The notes under the pieces were generated by a model. The model searched no databases. It saw only the letters and a list, made by a program, of their open reading frames with translations, and was not told where the DNA came from. DNA of 64,000 nt from contig OX597825.1 of the NCBI GenBank assembly GCA_951406725.2, positions 744,001-808,000 on the forward strand. The letters run 5' to 3'. The DNA comes from Octopus vulgaris (lineage: Eukaryota). Made by a program: the position numbers and the translations under genes. Shown in pieces: positions 1 to 13,802 of the stretch. Numbering within the stretch: the first letter of the stretch is position 1; every line of letters starts with the position of its first letter.

Positions 1-1175
1 AATTAGTTACCCAATAGTAAGAATTCCAAAAGTAGCGCTGAAAAAGGCTTTAATGCATTTCCAGGGTATATAGAACATAGGAGGAAATACTAGTAAGGTA
101 TGTATACTAAAATTGTGAAGCATGTTATGTAATAACAGGCCAATCAGGTATGAGATAATAACAATTCAAAGTAAATAACTCTGAAAAGGGCTTTTGTGTG
201 TTACCAGAGAATATTACCCTCAGGGGCGCTAGTGTTGGTATATTCGTGAATAAGTCACTAATCAAAATAAGTGGATCTATTGTTTAGGAAAATACTATTT
301 ATTTGTTTAAGGGTTGTACTAGATAAATTGCAAAAATAACTCTAACAGTTCAAATACTAAGAAATAAGCATACAATTTCATTTTTACCAAATAATTTAGG
401 AAAATGAATGGGTTAGTTCCCTTGGCTATATATAAGGATCTCTTCCAGGGGCCCTGGAAATTGAGCTCAAATAAGTGGATTAGAGCTTCATCACTCTTAG
501 CAATAAAAGTTGATGACGAAATCTGTGACTTAATCTGTTGTTAAGATAATTAACAGAGATATAAATGCAACATTAAAAATGTATTTAATAAAAAAGCTCA
601 AAGACACTGTATGGGATCTGGAAAATAATGATGAAACTGCAATATTTGATTGTGATGAGAAAAATCTGTGTTATTTTGAACTAAACTAAACAATCTATTA
701 TGTGGCAACAGCCATGTTGCTTTACTATTCCTGTAGGAATCACCAACCCCACCGGGAAAGACTATTATTTTAGCATTCAAAGGTAACTTTGGATAAAGTG
801 AAGCTTGAGAATAAATAAGTGTGGTGCTAATGGATGCAGAAATAGTTTTTGCCAATATTGTGGTGCTAATAATACAAGAAACAGTAAAAACTAAACATCA
901 ACATTGCAAAAAACAAATATTCTAAATGGCTTTGTTTCTTACAGAAAATACTGCAATGTGTAGCAATGAATTTATTTTTGCCGATTCCATCACTAAACCA
1001 CTCTAGTAATGTATAAACACAAGCTTTTTATACAAAGATCTGTCAACTCAACTTTGGCAAAGTCGAATTTTTCAGACCTAAATTTACAGCGAAGAAAGAT
1101 AGGTCAACTTATACACCAAGACAACTTTGGAAGACAACAAATTTCATGTGAAAGGCAGCAGGATTTGGGAAGATA

Positions 1176-1751
1176 GTGATGCTGTTTGGGGTGATCGCTA
1201 GGGATTGTGACGTTATGCATCTATTCATCTTCCCACACTGCCTCAAACTCAATACAGAGGCATACATCAAGTGCCTGGAGGTAGCAATGCTGCCCTAGGT
1301 CAAGAGGGTGGTTGCTGGATGACACTATATCTGGCAACAGGACTCTGCACCATGCCACACAACCAGGAGAACCCAGTCATGGCTGTCAGAAAATTTCTGC
1401 GACCACGTCACCCCTAACATCTGGTCACCTAACTCCCCAAACTGCAACCCCCTTGATTATTATATGTGGGGCACCAACACAACTCCTTGCAACATCAAAG
1501 ATGAACTGAAGGCAAGGATTATGACAGCATTGACCAACTTAAACAAGGAGACCTTCCAGAAGAGTTTCAAGAGATTCCAAAGTCGTCTGAAGGCCATGTT
1601 TGAAGCCAATGGCGATTTTATTGAATAAATTTACTGTTTAGTATTTCAAGATATTTTAATGTAATTTTGGTAAATATATCTGTTAAAATTAGATGTCAGT
1701 GTTATCTTCATTTTTGTGTAATTCAGACAATAATTTATTCACTGCACCCTG
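1176..1751 (+). mobile_element. Degraded Tc1/mariner-superfamily (DD37D/maT-like) transposon, 3' half with right TIR
   Basis: Translates with stops to VMLFGVI...YIWQQDSAPCHT...WLSENF...IWSPNSPNCNPLDYYMWG. Ends in TIR-like ...aatttattcactgcaccctg followed by TA. Confidence 0.85.
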
Positions 1752-1849
1752 TATGTATGTATATATATCATCATCATCATCATCATTTAGCATCCCCTTT
1801 CCATGCTGGCATGGGTTGGGTTCTGATACAATTCTTGCATTCAAACTTC

Positions 1850-2430
1850 TTGAACATCAAGGGTTAATTTGACCTGACACAAATAGCAATTGATTTCCCT
1901 TCAAAATGTACCCTATCATCTTTGAAAAAAGATAGGATGTTCAGGGCTGGAACACTTTTGAACAAAGCTTGCTCAGTCAGGATTGATCTGGGGCTAAGCA
2001 ACAATAGCAATAGTAGCAACAATAAACAACAATAACAACACTTTCTAATTCTCTTTCATTTTCTCACATGAATACCTAACTATTTCATGACCCCACCAAC
2101 TGCAATACCATCCATTCTCTTCCATTGTGAGCTAATCTTATGTTGGAGACTTCAATGTCCAAGATTCCATTTGGAACTGATCTCTTACTTAACCCACATG
2201 AGCCAACAAGAGGAACCCCCGATGCAGTTGCTCAATCTGCTGGAAATAGCAACCGAATATGCCCTCAGATTACACTCTGCCATATTTAAGAAAAAGATAT
2301 ATAAATTAAAAGGAAGGATAGTATTTGACATTGTAGTCCTTGATATATAGAAAAGAAAGGATGGTCATGGTTGAGATGTCTTTGATTATAAGCCAGCTTG
2401 ATTACAGTTGACCTGGGGTTAAGCAACAAT
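1850..2430 (+). repeat. Old interspersed repeat fragments (tagaaatagcagccaaat.../ttgacctggggctaaacaac family)
   Basis: Same motifs recur diverged at about 3300, 3880-4060, 9940-10320, 28050-28370 (-), 37700 (-) and 63580-63750. Confidence 0.55.
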
Positions 2431-2476
2431 GTAACATTAATGACTTTTGTGTAAGCACAAGGTCACAACAACAGCA

Positions 2477-2528
2477 ATGATAATAATAATAATAATAATA
2501 ATAATTACAGTAATAACAATAACAATAC

Positions 2529-2577
<49 letters not shown>
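2477..2577. repeat. (AAT)n microsatellite
   Basis: Direct reading. Confidence 0.95.
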
Positions 2578-2578
<1 letters not shown>

Positions 2579-2649
2579 GTTTCTGATTTAGGCACAAGGC
2601 CATTAATTTTGAGGGGTGGGGATTAGTAAATGTCACCAACTGCAGAAGT

Positions 2650-3006
2650 TGTGACGGGTAAGATACAAAAGAAAATAAGAAACAAGAAACAGTGGTGGGG
2701 GCTCACGTTGAATAAAACAGTGAGAGTTATTTCACAAAAGCAATAAAGACACATTAGTGATAGCAATATAAGAACAACAGATGTGTATCTATTCTAGAGA
2801 CAAAGGCTAAAAATATCAGAAGGAGAAAACCGGAAAAAAAATAAATGATAAAATATCATCTCAATTTTCATCCAGAATGTCATCTAATCAGAAATGCTAG
2901 AAGAGGTAGACTATCTAAAGAGGGTTTCTGGTAGTAAAAGCTGTTAAACAAGTTCAGAATTTTGGTGAGAGTGTGCATGGGAAAGAAAAGAAGAAAAAAT
3001 GCCACA
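2650..3006. mobile_element. Possible solo-LTR-like insertion
   Basis: About 355 bp bounded by TGTGAC...GCCACA short inverted termini. No clear TSD. Confidence 0.25.
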
Positions 3007-4368
3007 CAATCTATAACCTGTATTCTGTTTGGTGTAATATAAGAATGTTTAGTAGATGTAGTTTTTTAAAAATAAGATATACAGATGATTGGTTAATTGG
3101 GTAAAGTTTAATTAATTTGTAAAACAGGTTGTTTTACCTGGTGATTCAGTCTATAAAAATAGCATCAGATTCTTTACGAAACTATACACTGCCACCTTAA
3201 GAAAATATAGTTCTTCGAGGGATCATAGAATGGTTTTCATCATTTGGCTTTTCATTAGGGTTAAACAACAATAACAACACATATGAGCCAAAGAAAGAGC
3301 ATCTACTTGGCTGCTACTCTGTTATTTAAAATAGCAGCCAAATCTCCCTCTGTCTTAACTCTGACTGCAGAAATTAGATATATCCACTTAAAATTTCACT
3401 ACACTTAACAGTGGAAGCAGTTTCATTTACCAATGTATTTTTAGTTAAAGAATGTCATGTTTGAATTTTTTTGTCTGTTGAAATGTCTCAAATTTAGTGA
3501 GGCAATATGACTTGCAGAAAATACCAATTCTATTTTTGGTAGATATTTAACATCATTACTAGAATAACCATAAAGTTGAATTTCCCAGTGAAAGGGTTAA
3601 GAATAAAGCACAAGGGGATAACTGTGGTGCTAGACAAAGTGTCACAATAAAAAACCCCACACAGGCTGGTCACTGTTAGAATAATTGATTAGAGTTGAAA
3701 TGGGTTAAATAACAGTTTGTGATAAAGGGTTCAAAGCTCTGTGGCAACCTTGTGGAAGAGAATTGTAATATCAGTGGATTTCTGAAATTTCTTGCTAAGC
3801 TATGAAACTTAAAATGGTAAATGCTAACTTTTGAAATTCAGCAGCTTCTTTATCAATGCCTCTTTATGAAGGGTGAGCCTCTACATGGTCATACTGGAGA
3901 AAACATGCAGATCTCCACCAGATCATAATCCACTGTTTAAAAAGGAGAAGGGCAGATTATGTGGTGTAGTCTTAGACACCCCCATAATGACCGGATGATT
4001 ATGGCTTAACCCTTTCGTTACAGGTTTGCTCAGTCAGAGTTGACTTGGGACTAAAAAACAATAATATTCCCCCTTATTTTACATATAGGTATCTACATTT
4101 ATTCCTCCATCTACACATACACACATACACACATACACACATACACACTCGTGTATGCACATGCACACACACAATCATTTAAACAAGTGGTGCAGTAATG
4201 CTACTATTCAGAAGAAAGCATTGTGGAAAAACGCAGGAAGAAATGCCATTTGGAATCTAACTAGAGAAGAAGAACAAAACCATATCAGAGATAATTTATT
4301 TGGAAATTTAGATTTTGTAAAGTTTTTATAGTTCTACACTTTAGTTGTTAAAAATAGAAACACACACA

Positions 4369-4415
<47 letters not shown>

Positions 4416-4846
4416 ACACACACACAGACTATTACTTTTGCAAAAAATATTGCCTTAAAATTTTAATGCATCCCCAACTCATTTTTGCAGAAAATAATCT
4501 AAAAAGGTATCTGAGTGATTAAATTAATTGATGTAAAATTCCTAATTAGTTTCTTTCATATTTTGTTTGTATAACATGATTGTGAAACATTAATGGAGAT
4601 CTATTTACATAAATCACAATGGTTTATTATAATCTTTATCATTCTAGACTTTTTCATGCTGCTATGAATGAGACAAGGTTATAATTTAGCAAACTGCTAT
4701 TCAGTTTCCTTTTGTGAGCAAAATATTTTGAAATCTCACCCATCACCACTGCTATTTTCAATGATTTTCCTCGGCAATAAGTACATTAGATAATAAATAG
4801 ATTTTAAAATCCTAGGCTGTCTTCAAAAGTAATGATGATGATGATG

Positions 4847-4882
<36 letters not shown>

Positions 4883-4885
4883 GTG

Positions 4886-4961
4886 TTCTCATGGTGGCTC
4901 AATTGGTAGCACATAGTAATCCTTATCCTTAGGTTGTTGGTTCAAACCCATGCCATGTGAA
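4886..4961 (+). pseudogene. tRNA-derived pseudogene or isolated SINE head
   Basis: A box TGGCTCAATTGG, B box GGTTCAAACCC, acceptor-like pairing ttctcatgg/ccatgtgaa. Anticodon arm degenerate. Confidence 0.6.
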
Positions 4962-4975
4962 CTAAATTAGCTAAC

Positions 4976-5190
4976 AAGGCAGTGAGCTGGCTGAATTGTT
5001 ACTGAACTGGGTAAAATGCTTAGTAATATTGCATCCATTTTTATGTTCTGAGTTCAAATTCTACTGAGGTTGACTTTACTGTTAAAATTTTCAGGATTGA
5101 TAAAATAAGTACCAGTTGAGCGTTGGGGTCAATGTAATCGAGACTTATCTCTCCTCAAAATTGCTGGCCTTGTGCCAGAAATGGAAACCA
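4976..5190 (+). mobile_element. tRNA-derived SINE with Nin/Deu-like central domain (old copy); another at 5407-5570
   Basis: ggcagtgagctgg...gagttcaaattc...gataaaataagtaccag, followed by an (ATT)n tail. Homologous to the young copies at 13572 and 55232. Confidence 0.85.
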
Positions 5191-5352
5191 TTATTATTAT
5201 TATCATTATCATCATCATCATCATTATCATTATTATTATCATTAGTATTATTATCACTATTATTATTATTATTTTCATTATTATTATTATCATTATTATT
5301 ATTATTATTATTATCATCATTATTATTATTATTATTATCATCATTATTATTA

Positions 5353-5406
<54 letters not shown>
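5190..5406. repeat. (ATT/ATC)n microsatellite
   Basis: Direct reading. Source of the poly-I/L/N ORFs. Confidence 0.95.
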
Positions 5407-5407
<1 letters not shown>

Positions 5408-5566
5408 GGTGGTGAACTGGAAGAATTGCTAGCTGCATTTCAACCAACTTTACATTGTGAGTTCAAATTCCACTCAGGCCAACTTTAACAGTTGAGCCCT
5501 GGAACCGATGTAATTGACTAGTTCCCTCCCAACAAATTTCAGGCCTTGTACCTATAGCAGAAATAA

Positions 5567-5597
<31 letters not shown>

Positions 5598-5839
5598 GGA
5601 TTAGTCAGATGAGGTCAGAGTATGGCTTCTGACACTAATTGGGTGTGAGAAACTACAAAGCATTTGTTATTGATGGTCATACTGGAGGCCTGGTTTGCTT
5701 GTGACAATGTGAACTTCTTCAAGTACTCAAGAGCTAGGAGGTGCTTTTAAAGTTGTCGATGGATTACATTGACCCTATTCCTGCTTAGGGTATAATTCAA
5801 TCAATCTCAGATGACTTTATTGGAATTTTCATAACTTGG

Positions 5840-6282
5840 TGACTGGCATCAGTTGCTAGTGGAGCACAAAGAGTACCATATGAGTGAGATCGTTGCCAGA
5901 GCAACCAGCTGGCTTTCATGCCAATGGCACGTTAAACACACCATTCAAGCGTGGTTGTTACCGCGTCATTTTACAAGCACTTGTGCTGGTGGCACATGAA
6001 ACATTCGAGCGAGGTCATCGCCAGTGCCACTGGACTGGCTCCTGTGCAGGTGGCACATAAAAAGCACCATTTGGGCATGGCCGTTGCCAGTACCACCAAA
6101 CTGGCCCTTGTGCTTGTGATATGTAAAAGCACCCACTACACTCTCGGAGTGGTTGGCGTTAGGAAGGGCATCCAGCTGTAGAAACTCTGCCAGATCAGAT
6201 TGGAGTCTGGTTCGCCAGACCTCAGTCAAATTGTCCAACCCATGCTAGCATGGAAAGCGGACATTAAATGATGATGATGATG
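5840..6282 (+). mobile_element. RTE-LINE 3' UTR-derived repeat with (GAT)n tail
   Basis: tggcacgtaaaaagcac subrepeats, then ggttggcgttaggaagggcatccagctgtagaaac...catggaaagcggacattaaatgatgat. Same family as 20655-21311. Confidence 0.8.
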
Positions 6283-6432
6283 TTGTCTGTGTCTGTAATT
6301 AGATGTTGAGCTGATCCGGTAGGCATAATCTAATTACACAACTCATAACTTTTAATTCAAACCGTATCAAAAGAGTGATTTTAAGATATGCCAGGCTTTG
6401 TAGTTTTTGAAAAGGGAAATAACCTCCAAATA

Positions 6433-7298
6433 TGAGGTCTGATTAAAAAGTATCATGACTGGTGTATAAAAAGAAAACCACAACACATAACAATTTAGCA
6501 TTTCATCTCCTTTGAAGTAGTTCCCTTCTGATACCACACACCTTCTCCAGTGTCATTTCCACTGCTGGAAGCATTCCTGGAACTTCATTTTTGGCATCAT
6601 GGGCAGCTGCCTCATCATGTTCTCTTTGATTTCCTTGATGCCTTGAAATCTTGTTCCTTTCAAGAAGTGAGATCTGGGGAATATGGTGTTTGTCAGATCA
6701 AGGGGTCGTTGTGTTTGGCCCAAAACTACTGCAACTGAAAGTAGCTCTGATACAAACTTGATAGACACATGTCTCATACACCAATCTTCAATGAGAATTT
6801 GCTGAACTGAACTGTAACTCGTGTTCACATCCTCCAACAACTCTCACACGATGATTCCATGATTCTTCTGAACAGCTGCACACACACCTGTGATGTTTTC
6901 ATTAGTTTTGCTGGTTGTGGGTCTCTCAAAACATGTGTCACTGTCAATATTATGGCAGCCATCTTGGAAACATTTGAGCCACACATACTCCCGTGTCCGA
7001 CTCATGCACTCTTCTCCATACACTTTCTGCCACTTTGCTTAGATCTCTGTGAAGGTGTCACCAACCTTTTGGCAAAATTTGATGCAGATTCTCTGCTCAG
7101 TTTTCTCGGTGAGTCAACCACACACCACACACTTTACTTCTAAGCACTGCTATAAACAATGGAAGTGAGCAAGAATGTTATAACTTAGTGGCCATGTGTG
7201 ACAGAGTTCAAGGGTGAAACTATGCCAAGTGGCTTCACTTTGAGCACTTTAGCTCTGTTACCATGACATCAGTCCCAGGACTTTTTGATCAGACCTTG
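6433..7298 (-). mobile_element. Degraded mariner transposon, internally deleted, both TIRs present
   Basis: TA+tgaggtctgattaaaaagt and actttttgatcagaccttg TIRs. Minus-strand remnants SYSSVQQILIED..MRHVSIKFVSELL and LKGTRFQGIKEIKEN...FQECFQQWK. Same family as 60.8-61.7 kb. Confidence 0.85.
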
Positions 7299-8348
7299 CA
7301 TATCTCAACTAAAGCTTTGTAATGAATTAATCAGTTAAAAAAGTAATAACCTGTGTGAAGGAAACATAATCTAAATAGTTTACATCTAATATTAGTTTTA
7401 TACAAGAGGTTACTGGATGGTATAAATTTCAATTTATTTTGAAAGATTACCAATATAATTTTACTATATGAATTAGGAGCTAAAAGGAAGCTTCTTCCTC
7501 TTATCTCTTTATGGTAACTTGACCTACCAGTATTAGCAGCCAAATATTCTTAATATCACACACTATAATCTTAAAAAACAAAATGAAAGACTCTATTAAT
7601 AATGTAGTTCTAAAAACACTATAACTTCTGAAAGGGTAGCCATGGCTGGAACAATTCATTCAGGACTAGCCTGATTACTAAACAGCATGAGAAACAAAAG
7701 CTACATGACTGACCATAGACTATGAATTGTTAAAAAATTATATATTATACTGTTAAGCAATATTTTATTTAAAAGATGTGTTTATTAATATTAATATTTT
7801 ATGAAAACATTGTTTGGTGCTAAAACAACTAATTATCATTTGTGATAGAATCTTAAATACAATCTTTCTGAGTTGAACTTTGGTGAAGAGTCAAGTCCCA
7901 CCGAAAGGAATAATCAAGAGGGTTCAGAGAGTTTGAGGGCAGGAGTATGTTTATTTATTTGTTTTGATATCAAAGGAATTTTATAAAGTTTTGAGAACAT
8001 GTGAAGTAATTCATTTTTAGAATAATGATTCTTGAAGCACATCATATTCAGTTATAAAAAATAGAATGGAAATGTGGGGTTGAAAACCTGACATTTACAT
8101 AATATTCTTCACAGCTGTTTGTGAGGTGCTTTGAGAACAGTTAATCTCAAATAAAGATTTATTTATCTACTTACAAATTTCATTAATTACTGTCATAACC
8201 TAACAGTGATTGTCATCTGAAATTCAACTGATTGTTATTCTAGTTCTAAGTGAAAGCTATCTGACTGCTACTTTCCCTCTCCATTGAATAAGGATGCTAT
8301 GAGTTTTGCTCTTCTTTCGGTGTGCTGGATCAGTTGTTCTATACTTAC

Positions 8349-8456
8349 AGAGTCTATAGTCATCGGTTTTGCCGTAATTAATGATGGCTTGCAACAAACA
8401 ATTGAACTTCACAGAATTCTGTTCAAGCTTAAGTGTGACAGCTTCAAATGGAAGAC
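8349..8456 (-). CDS. Candidate isolated 108-bp internal exon of an unidentified host gene
   Basis: Unique sequence with GTAAGT donor, weak AAG acceptor, open symmetric phase-1 frame LPFEAVTLKLEQNSVKFNCLLQAIINYGKTDDYRL. Confidence 0.3.
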
Positions 8457-8921
8457 CTTAAATACCAATAGGATATGATAAAGGAATCAATCTAAATTTA
8501 AGGCTCACCATATTTGTGCAGATTGTTGTGCTACTTATTTTCTAAATATTACATTTTTTAGTGAGTTTCAAAGCTGAGATCTTGCAAATTTTGGCTTATT
8601 TGTGACAATAAAAACAAGAAGTGATAAACCAGATTATGCACATAAGATTATTTAGAAAAGAAAATGATTATATACAACCTATTTTATATAAAAGATAATA
8701 ATTGCACACAGATTATTCAGAATGAAAAGAAAATGCATTTCCTAAAAAAAAAAAAAAAAAAAATTCCAATATTTAATCTCAAAACGAATACAAATTTGCA
8801 AGAATTTTCTGAAAAAGAAATCATACAAAGGAAATTTCACTAATGAATAAACTACTGGAGATAAACAATAATAATTTCTTCTTACATATATCAGATGGAC
8901 AAACAGAATTAATTTACACAA

Positions 8922-9176
8922 CATACACACATACATACATACATACATACATACATACATACATACATACATACATACATACATACATACATACATACAT
9001 ACATACATACATACATACATACATACATACATACATACACACATATATATATGCTTCATTTTTGTATTTGGTTTGCAAGATTCTTAATGTCAATTTGTAT
9101 GTTGAAACAAATTAAACCAGTGTGTGTGTTATTAATATTGATGAAATAAATCTCTGTAGACCCAACAATACAATAT

Positions 9177-9265
<89 letters not shown>
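8922..9265. repeat. (TACA)n and (TA)n microsatellites
   Basis: Direct reading. Confidence 0.95.
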
Positions 9266-9269
<4 letters not shown>

Positions 9270-9727
9270 CACATATACATAAATTCAATCTTTTTACAAT
9301 TTCACTGCTGCCATGATGCAAATATGTCCGATGGCATTAACTTATATTTTTGAATAATACAGTAAACACAGGGCCATCATGGCTCTTTTTTCACAAACTG
9401 TATCTAGCTTTAAAAATTGACCCCAAAATTAACTTTCTTTAAGATCCCCATCATCATCATCACCACTATAATCATCATGATGACCACCACTGCTGTCACC
9501 ATTGTCGTTGTTATCCTCCTCCTCCTTTTCTCTTCATTGTTATTTCAACATCCACTTTTCTAGATAGAATTTGTGGAGAAAACATTTCTATGACCAGTTT
9601 CCCTCGTCCGTTTCCAAGGAAGGTGATTTTTTCCCCCCTGGCTGGACTCACTTTCATAGAAGACTGGAAATAAAGAACCCCGTAAGATAGTGATACTTGT
9701 TTACAACCACCATGCTTGTGAGGACAA

Positions 9728-9770
<43 letters not shown>

Positions 9771-10819
9771 CAACATATTTGTCTTTCCTTCTTCACTGAT
9801 CAATAATAAACCCCTGCCCACCCTCCCCCCATACATACACAGGTGAGGGGTCAAGCTAGCAATGAAGCTTCTATAGAGCTGCTCAAAATCACACTTCAGC
9901 ATTGTAGCAGAACTAATTGGCTAGTTTAGTCCTAAATATATTCATTATGTCTAAAATGAAAGAAAGATTGGATGGTCACTGTTGGAATGTCTTTGATTAT
10001 GGTTCTGCTTGATAAACACATACCTGGGAATAAAAACAGCAACTAAGGAGATGACTACCCATTTGTTAGGAATGTTAAGATCAATAGAGCAGCAGGAAAT
10101 ACAAACAAACAAAAAACAAAAGAAAAAAACAATGAAGGCTTCTCCACACTGTCATTTGGATGCTAGAAATAACAGCCAAATCTTCCTTAAATTGTTTGCC
10201 ACAGTTCTTTAAAAAGAGAAGGATCCATTAGATAATACCTATAAAAGATTGGATGGTCACGACCGGAATACTTTTGATCATTAATCTACCCAATCAGAGT
10301 TGAGCAATAGCAACAACACATGGCTAAAGGTACCTAAAGATAACCTAAGGACACACAATCAGGATGAGAAAACATTAAGAAATGAAATGCTAAATACTGA
10401 GCTATAATGAACTGACACAAACATATAGGTTTTATACATATGAAAATAGATGTGTATAAATATAAGAGCAATATACGCAAAAGTATTGGAAGGTCACAAA
10501 TGTGAATGTTTAAAAAAATTGCTGAGTAATCAAGTTTCAGAGCTCTGAAAACTAATTAAAAGTCATTAATATTTCCAATAAAATAAGAGACAGAAAGAAT
10601 TGTAACAATACTACCAAATACAAAGTACAAGATACATTTATAACTATTTATTTATAGTGCTCGAGCACTGCCTTTAGTTGAATAAAGCGACCCAAGGACT
10701 TAGTCTTTGAAAGCTTAGTACTTATTCTGTCGGTTTCTTTGCCTGAACTGCTAAGTTATAGGGACATAAAGACACCAGCACCGGTTGACAAGTGATGCTG
10801 GGGTCAAAAACAAACACAA

Positions 10820-10854
10820 ATACATACACACACACACACACATACATATATATA

Positions 10855-10896
<42 letters not shown>

Positions 10897-11040
10897 CATA
10901 TATATATATATACATATATATACATATATGTACATATACATACATATATATACATATATATATACATACATATATATATATATACACATATATATATACA
11001 CATATATACATATACATACGTATACATGCGTATATGTATA

Positions 11041-11098
<58 letters not shown>

Positions 11099-11199
11099 TA
11101 TACATATATATATGTATATGTATATACATCATCATCACCATCATCATCATTTACATATATATACATATATATACATATATATGTATATATATACATGTA

Positions 11200-11251
<52 letters not shown>

Positions 11252-11383
11252 TATGTATATATATACATGTATATATGTATATATATATATACACACACAC
11301 ATATATATATACATATCTATATCTATATCTATATCTATATATATACATATCTATATCTATATCTATCTATCTATATATATATA
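10820..11383. repeat. Compound (TA)/(TACA)/(CAT)/(TATC) microsatellite
   Basis: Direct reading. Confidence 0.95.
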
Positions 11384-11575
11384 TACCGGAGTAAACACAT
11401 AAATGTGAAACAAGGTGGTAAAAAGAGTACTCAATTACCAGTGGTAGAGTAATATGCTATATTTTAAGCAGCAGAAAATTCAACAAAATCTGTTACTCTG
11501 AGTTTCTTGTTGCCGTTCATCAGACAAAAACTCAGAGTAACAGATTTTGTTGAATTTTCTGTTGCTTAAAATAAA

Positions 11576-11578
<3 letters not shown>
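11384..11578 (-). mobile_element. Non-coding fold-back element carrying a hammerhead motif (family C)
   Basis: About 45-bp inverted arms at 11461-11505 and 11528-11572. Related copies at 21318-21460 and 40376-40470. Confidence 0.75.
11490..11526 (-). ncRNA. Minimal type-I hammerhead ribozyme (stem II partly decayed)
   Basis: rc: TGT CTGATGA acggcaacaa GAAA CTCAGAG TA ACAG. Confidence 0.7.
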
Positions 11579-11629
<51 letters not shown>

Positions 11630-11658
11630 GTGTGTGTGTATCTATCTATCTATCTATC

Positions 11659-11690
<32 letters not shown>

Positions 11691-11827
11691 TGATGGGTTT
11701 CTTTCAGTTTACGTCTACCAAATCCACTCGCAAGGCTTTCGTCAGCCCTAGGCTATAGTAGAAGTCACTTGCCCAAGGTGCCACACAGAAACATGTGTGA
11801 TTGAAAGGCAATCTTCTTCCCACACAG

Positions 11828-11869
<42 letters not shown>

Positions 11870-13571
11870 ATATATATATTTTGCCAAATTGATAAGTTAT
11901 GGAAATGTAAACACACCAACACTGGTTGTCAAGCATTGGTGGGCAACAAATACAATCACGCACACACACATACATATACATGTGTGTGTGTGTGTGTGTG
12001 TATGCCAAGCTTTCACACAATTCCTGTTTATCAAATTTACTCACAAGGCTTTGATTGGCCTAGGGCTATAGAAGACGCTTGCCTAGTTGCTAAACAGTGG
12101 GATTGAACCCCAAACTTTATGCTTGCATAATGAGCTCCTTTACCTCACAGTCATATTCATGGAGAATTAAATTTGTGCAGAGCATAATTCAGTTCCACTT
12201 CATGGAACCTGTACTTATGCAAATATTTCTGGTACAAGACAAAGCCATCATGAATGCATGCATGGCTTTTCTTTTTAATGTAAATATACAATCTGCACAA
12301 TGGTTGTTGCATGCTACATTTCTGTAATCCAAGAAGCAAATGGTATCTGCTGCATTACAGAAGATTGCATTCCTGAAAGTCTTGCAGTTATGTGAAAGTT
12401 TGTGATGTGCAAAATATATTTTTTATTTCGTTGGCTTCCGTGCACCATGGCAGTCAATATGAAACAAGTTTCATGATATGGAATTTTATGGAACAACAAG
12501 ATTTTTCAGTAAAACAATGCTTTTGTAACGTGGGATATGTCTGTAGTTTTGTCACATAACCAGAAGTAGAAAGGTGGTTATAGTGAACTTAGAACCATCT
12601 CCGTTCTATGTAGGAGCGATCATCCTTCTCAACAGGATGTTTTCACCATACTTGGGGAACACAAGTATCTGCTGAAAAACAAAACTGAAAGACAGAGAAG
12701 CAGGACAGCAGAAGAGATGAAGAAGAAGCTGTGACAGAGTACCAAGAGTGCAAGAGATGAGAAAGAAAGGAAAATAATTTGGAGCAATTACAAACGACGA
12801 AAGAAAGGAAGTAAAAAGTTAAAAGTAATGAATAAAGAAAAGAATAAGTGTGAGAGAGGAAATGAGTTTGAAACGAAACAGAATCTAATGATGCAGGGAC
12901 AAGAAATAAAGAGTGATGATTAAATGAGACTTAAAACTACTCAATTTCTGCTCCATTTCTAAACATAAAAGGAATGAAGAGTAAGAAATAAGTTGCTATA
13001 TTCTTGATAAATGATGACAGTGTGACGCTCACTAAGCAACAATTTTGGAAAAAAGATGTTTAAGATAATTATAAAGAAATGAAATGTAATGAAGAATACT
13101 CCCTTTTCCTCTCCCACATAAATTGAGAGAAAGGATGAAGTAAAGATGAATCCAAGGACATTGTCTATAATGAGATCACAATAACAAGTGTTAATTACAC
13201 CGAAATAAAAGCAATCAATAATTATTCAAACAGAAAAAAATATTTTGACTCGAAAGAAAAATTGCACCATAAATAATGACATACAATGAAGATAATGATA
13301 TAAAGTGATTTATAAATTAATTTATCAAATAATTAAGATAAATGATTAAGTGTAATCACGTGGGGCTTTAGCACTTACAAGATCCTGGATTTGCTCCCAC
13401 AGGGAGTGAAATTTGGTTGGCAGAAACTGTGGTCAATTTTCGCGTGCGCACGCATGTGTGTGTGTGTAAGTGTGTATATCTATTATTAATTAGCAGAAGT
13501 TTCTTACAATTTTTAATTAAGAGCCTCTAAGTGGTTTCTGGACCTACTAGAAATAGCTGACAAATTTTTAA

Positions 13572-13802
13572 GGTGGTGAGCTGGCAGAAACGTTAGCACG
13601 CCGGGCGAAATACTTAGCAGTATGTCGTCTGCCGTTACGTTCTGAGTTCACATTCCACTGAGGTCGACTTTGCCTTTCATCCTTGCGGAGTCGATAAATT
13701 AAGTACCAGTTACACACTGGGGTCGATGTAATCGACTTAATCCATTTGTCTGTCCTTGTCCGTCCCCTCTGTGTGTAGCCCCTTGTGGGCAGTAAAGAAA
13801 TA
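13572..13802 (+). mobile_element. Young Nin/Deu-domain tRNA-SINE with 19-bp TSD
   Basis: CpG-rich; gcctttcatccttgcggagtcgataaattaagtaccag. TSD agaaatagc(t/a)gacaaattt at 13549-13567 and 13803-13821. Confidence 0.92.

Larger units (their letters stand above)
10655..11830 (-). mobile_element. tRNA-derived CORE-like SINE whose internal CA/TA tract is expanded and hosts a nested element
   Basis: 3' part at 10655-10820, head at 11690-11830 (rc gtggcaccttgggcaagtg...). Family copies at 11880-12150, 23040-23410, 27240-27610, 34060-34230, 36930-37080, 38590-38750, 49670-49815 and 61835-62115. Confidence 0.8.

Noticed and set aside
440-465. GPGN motif suggesting parvoviral PLA2
   Set aside because: It is immediately followed by a stop and no HD catalytic motif is seen.
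5116-5447. Poly-I/L/N ORFs, and all YI/HT/ER/SL-repeat ORFs elsewhere (e.g. 10722-11452, 45559-46959, 51770-52246)
   Set aside because: They are translations of microsatellites.
12560-12672. Candidate terminal exon on - after a polypyrimidine tract
   Set aside because: All frames stop quickly and there is no recognisable protein.
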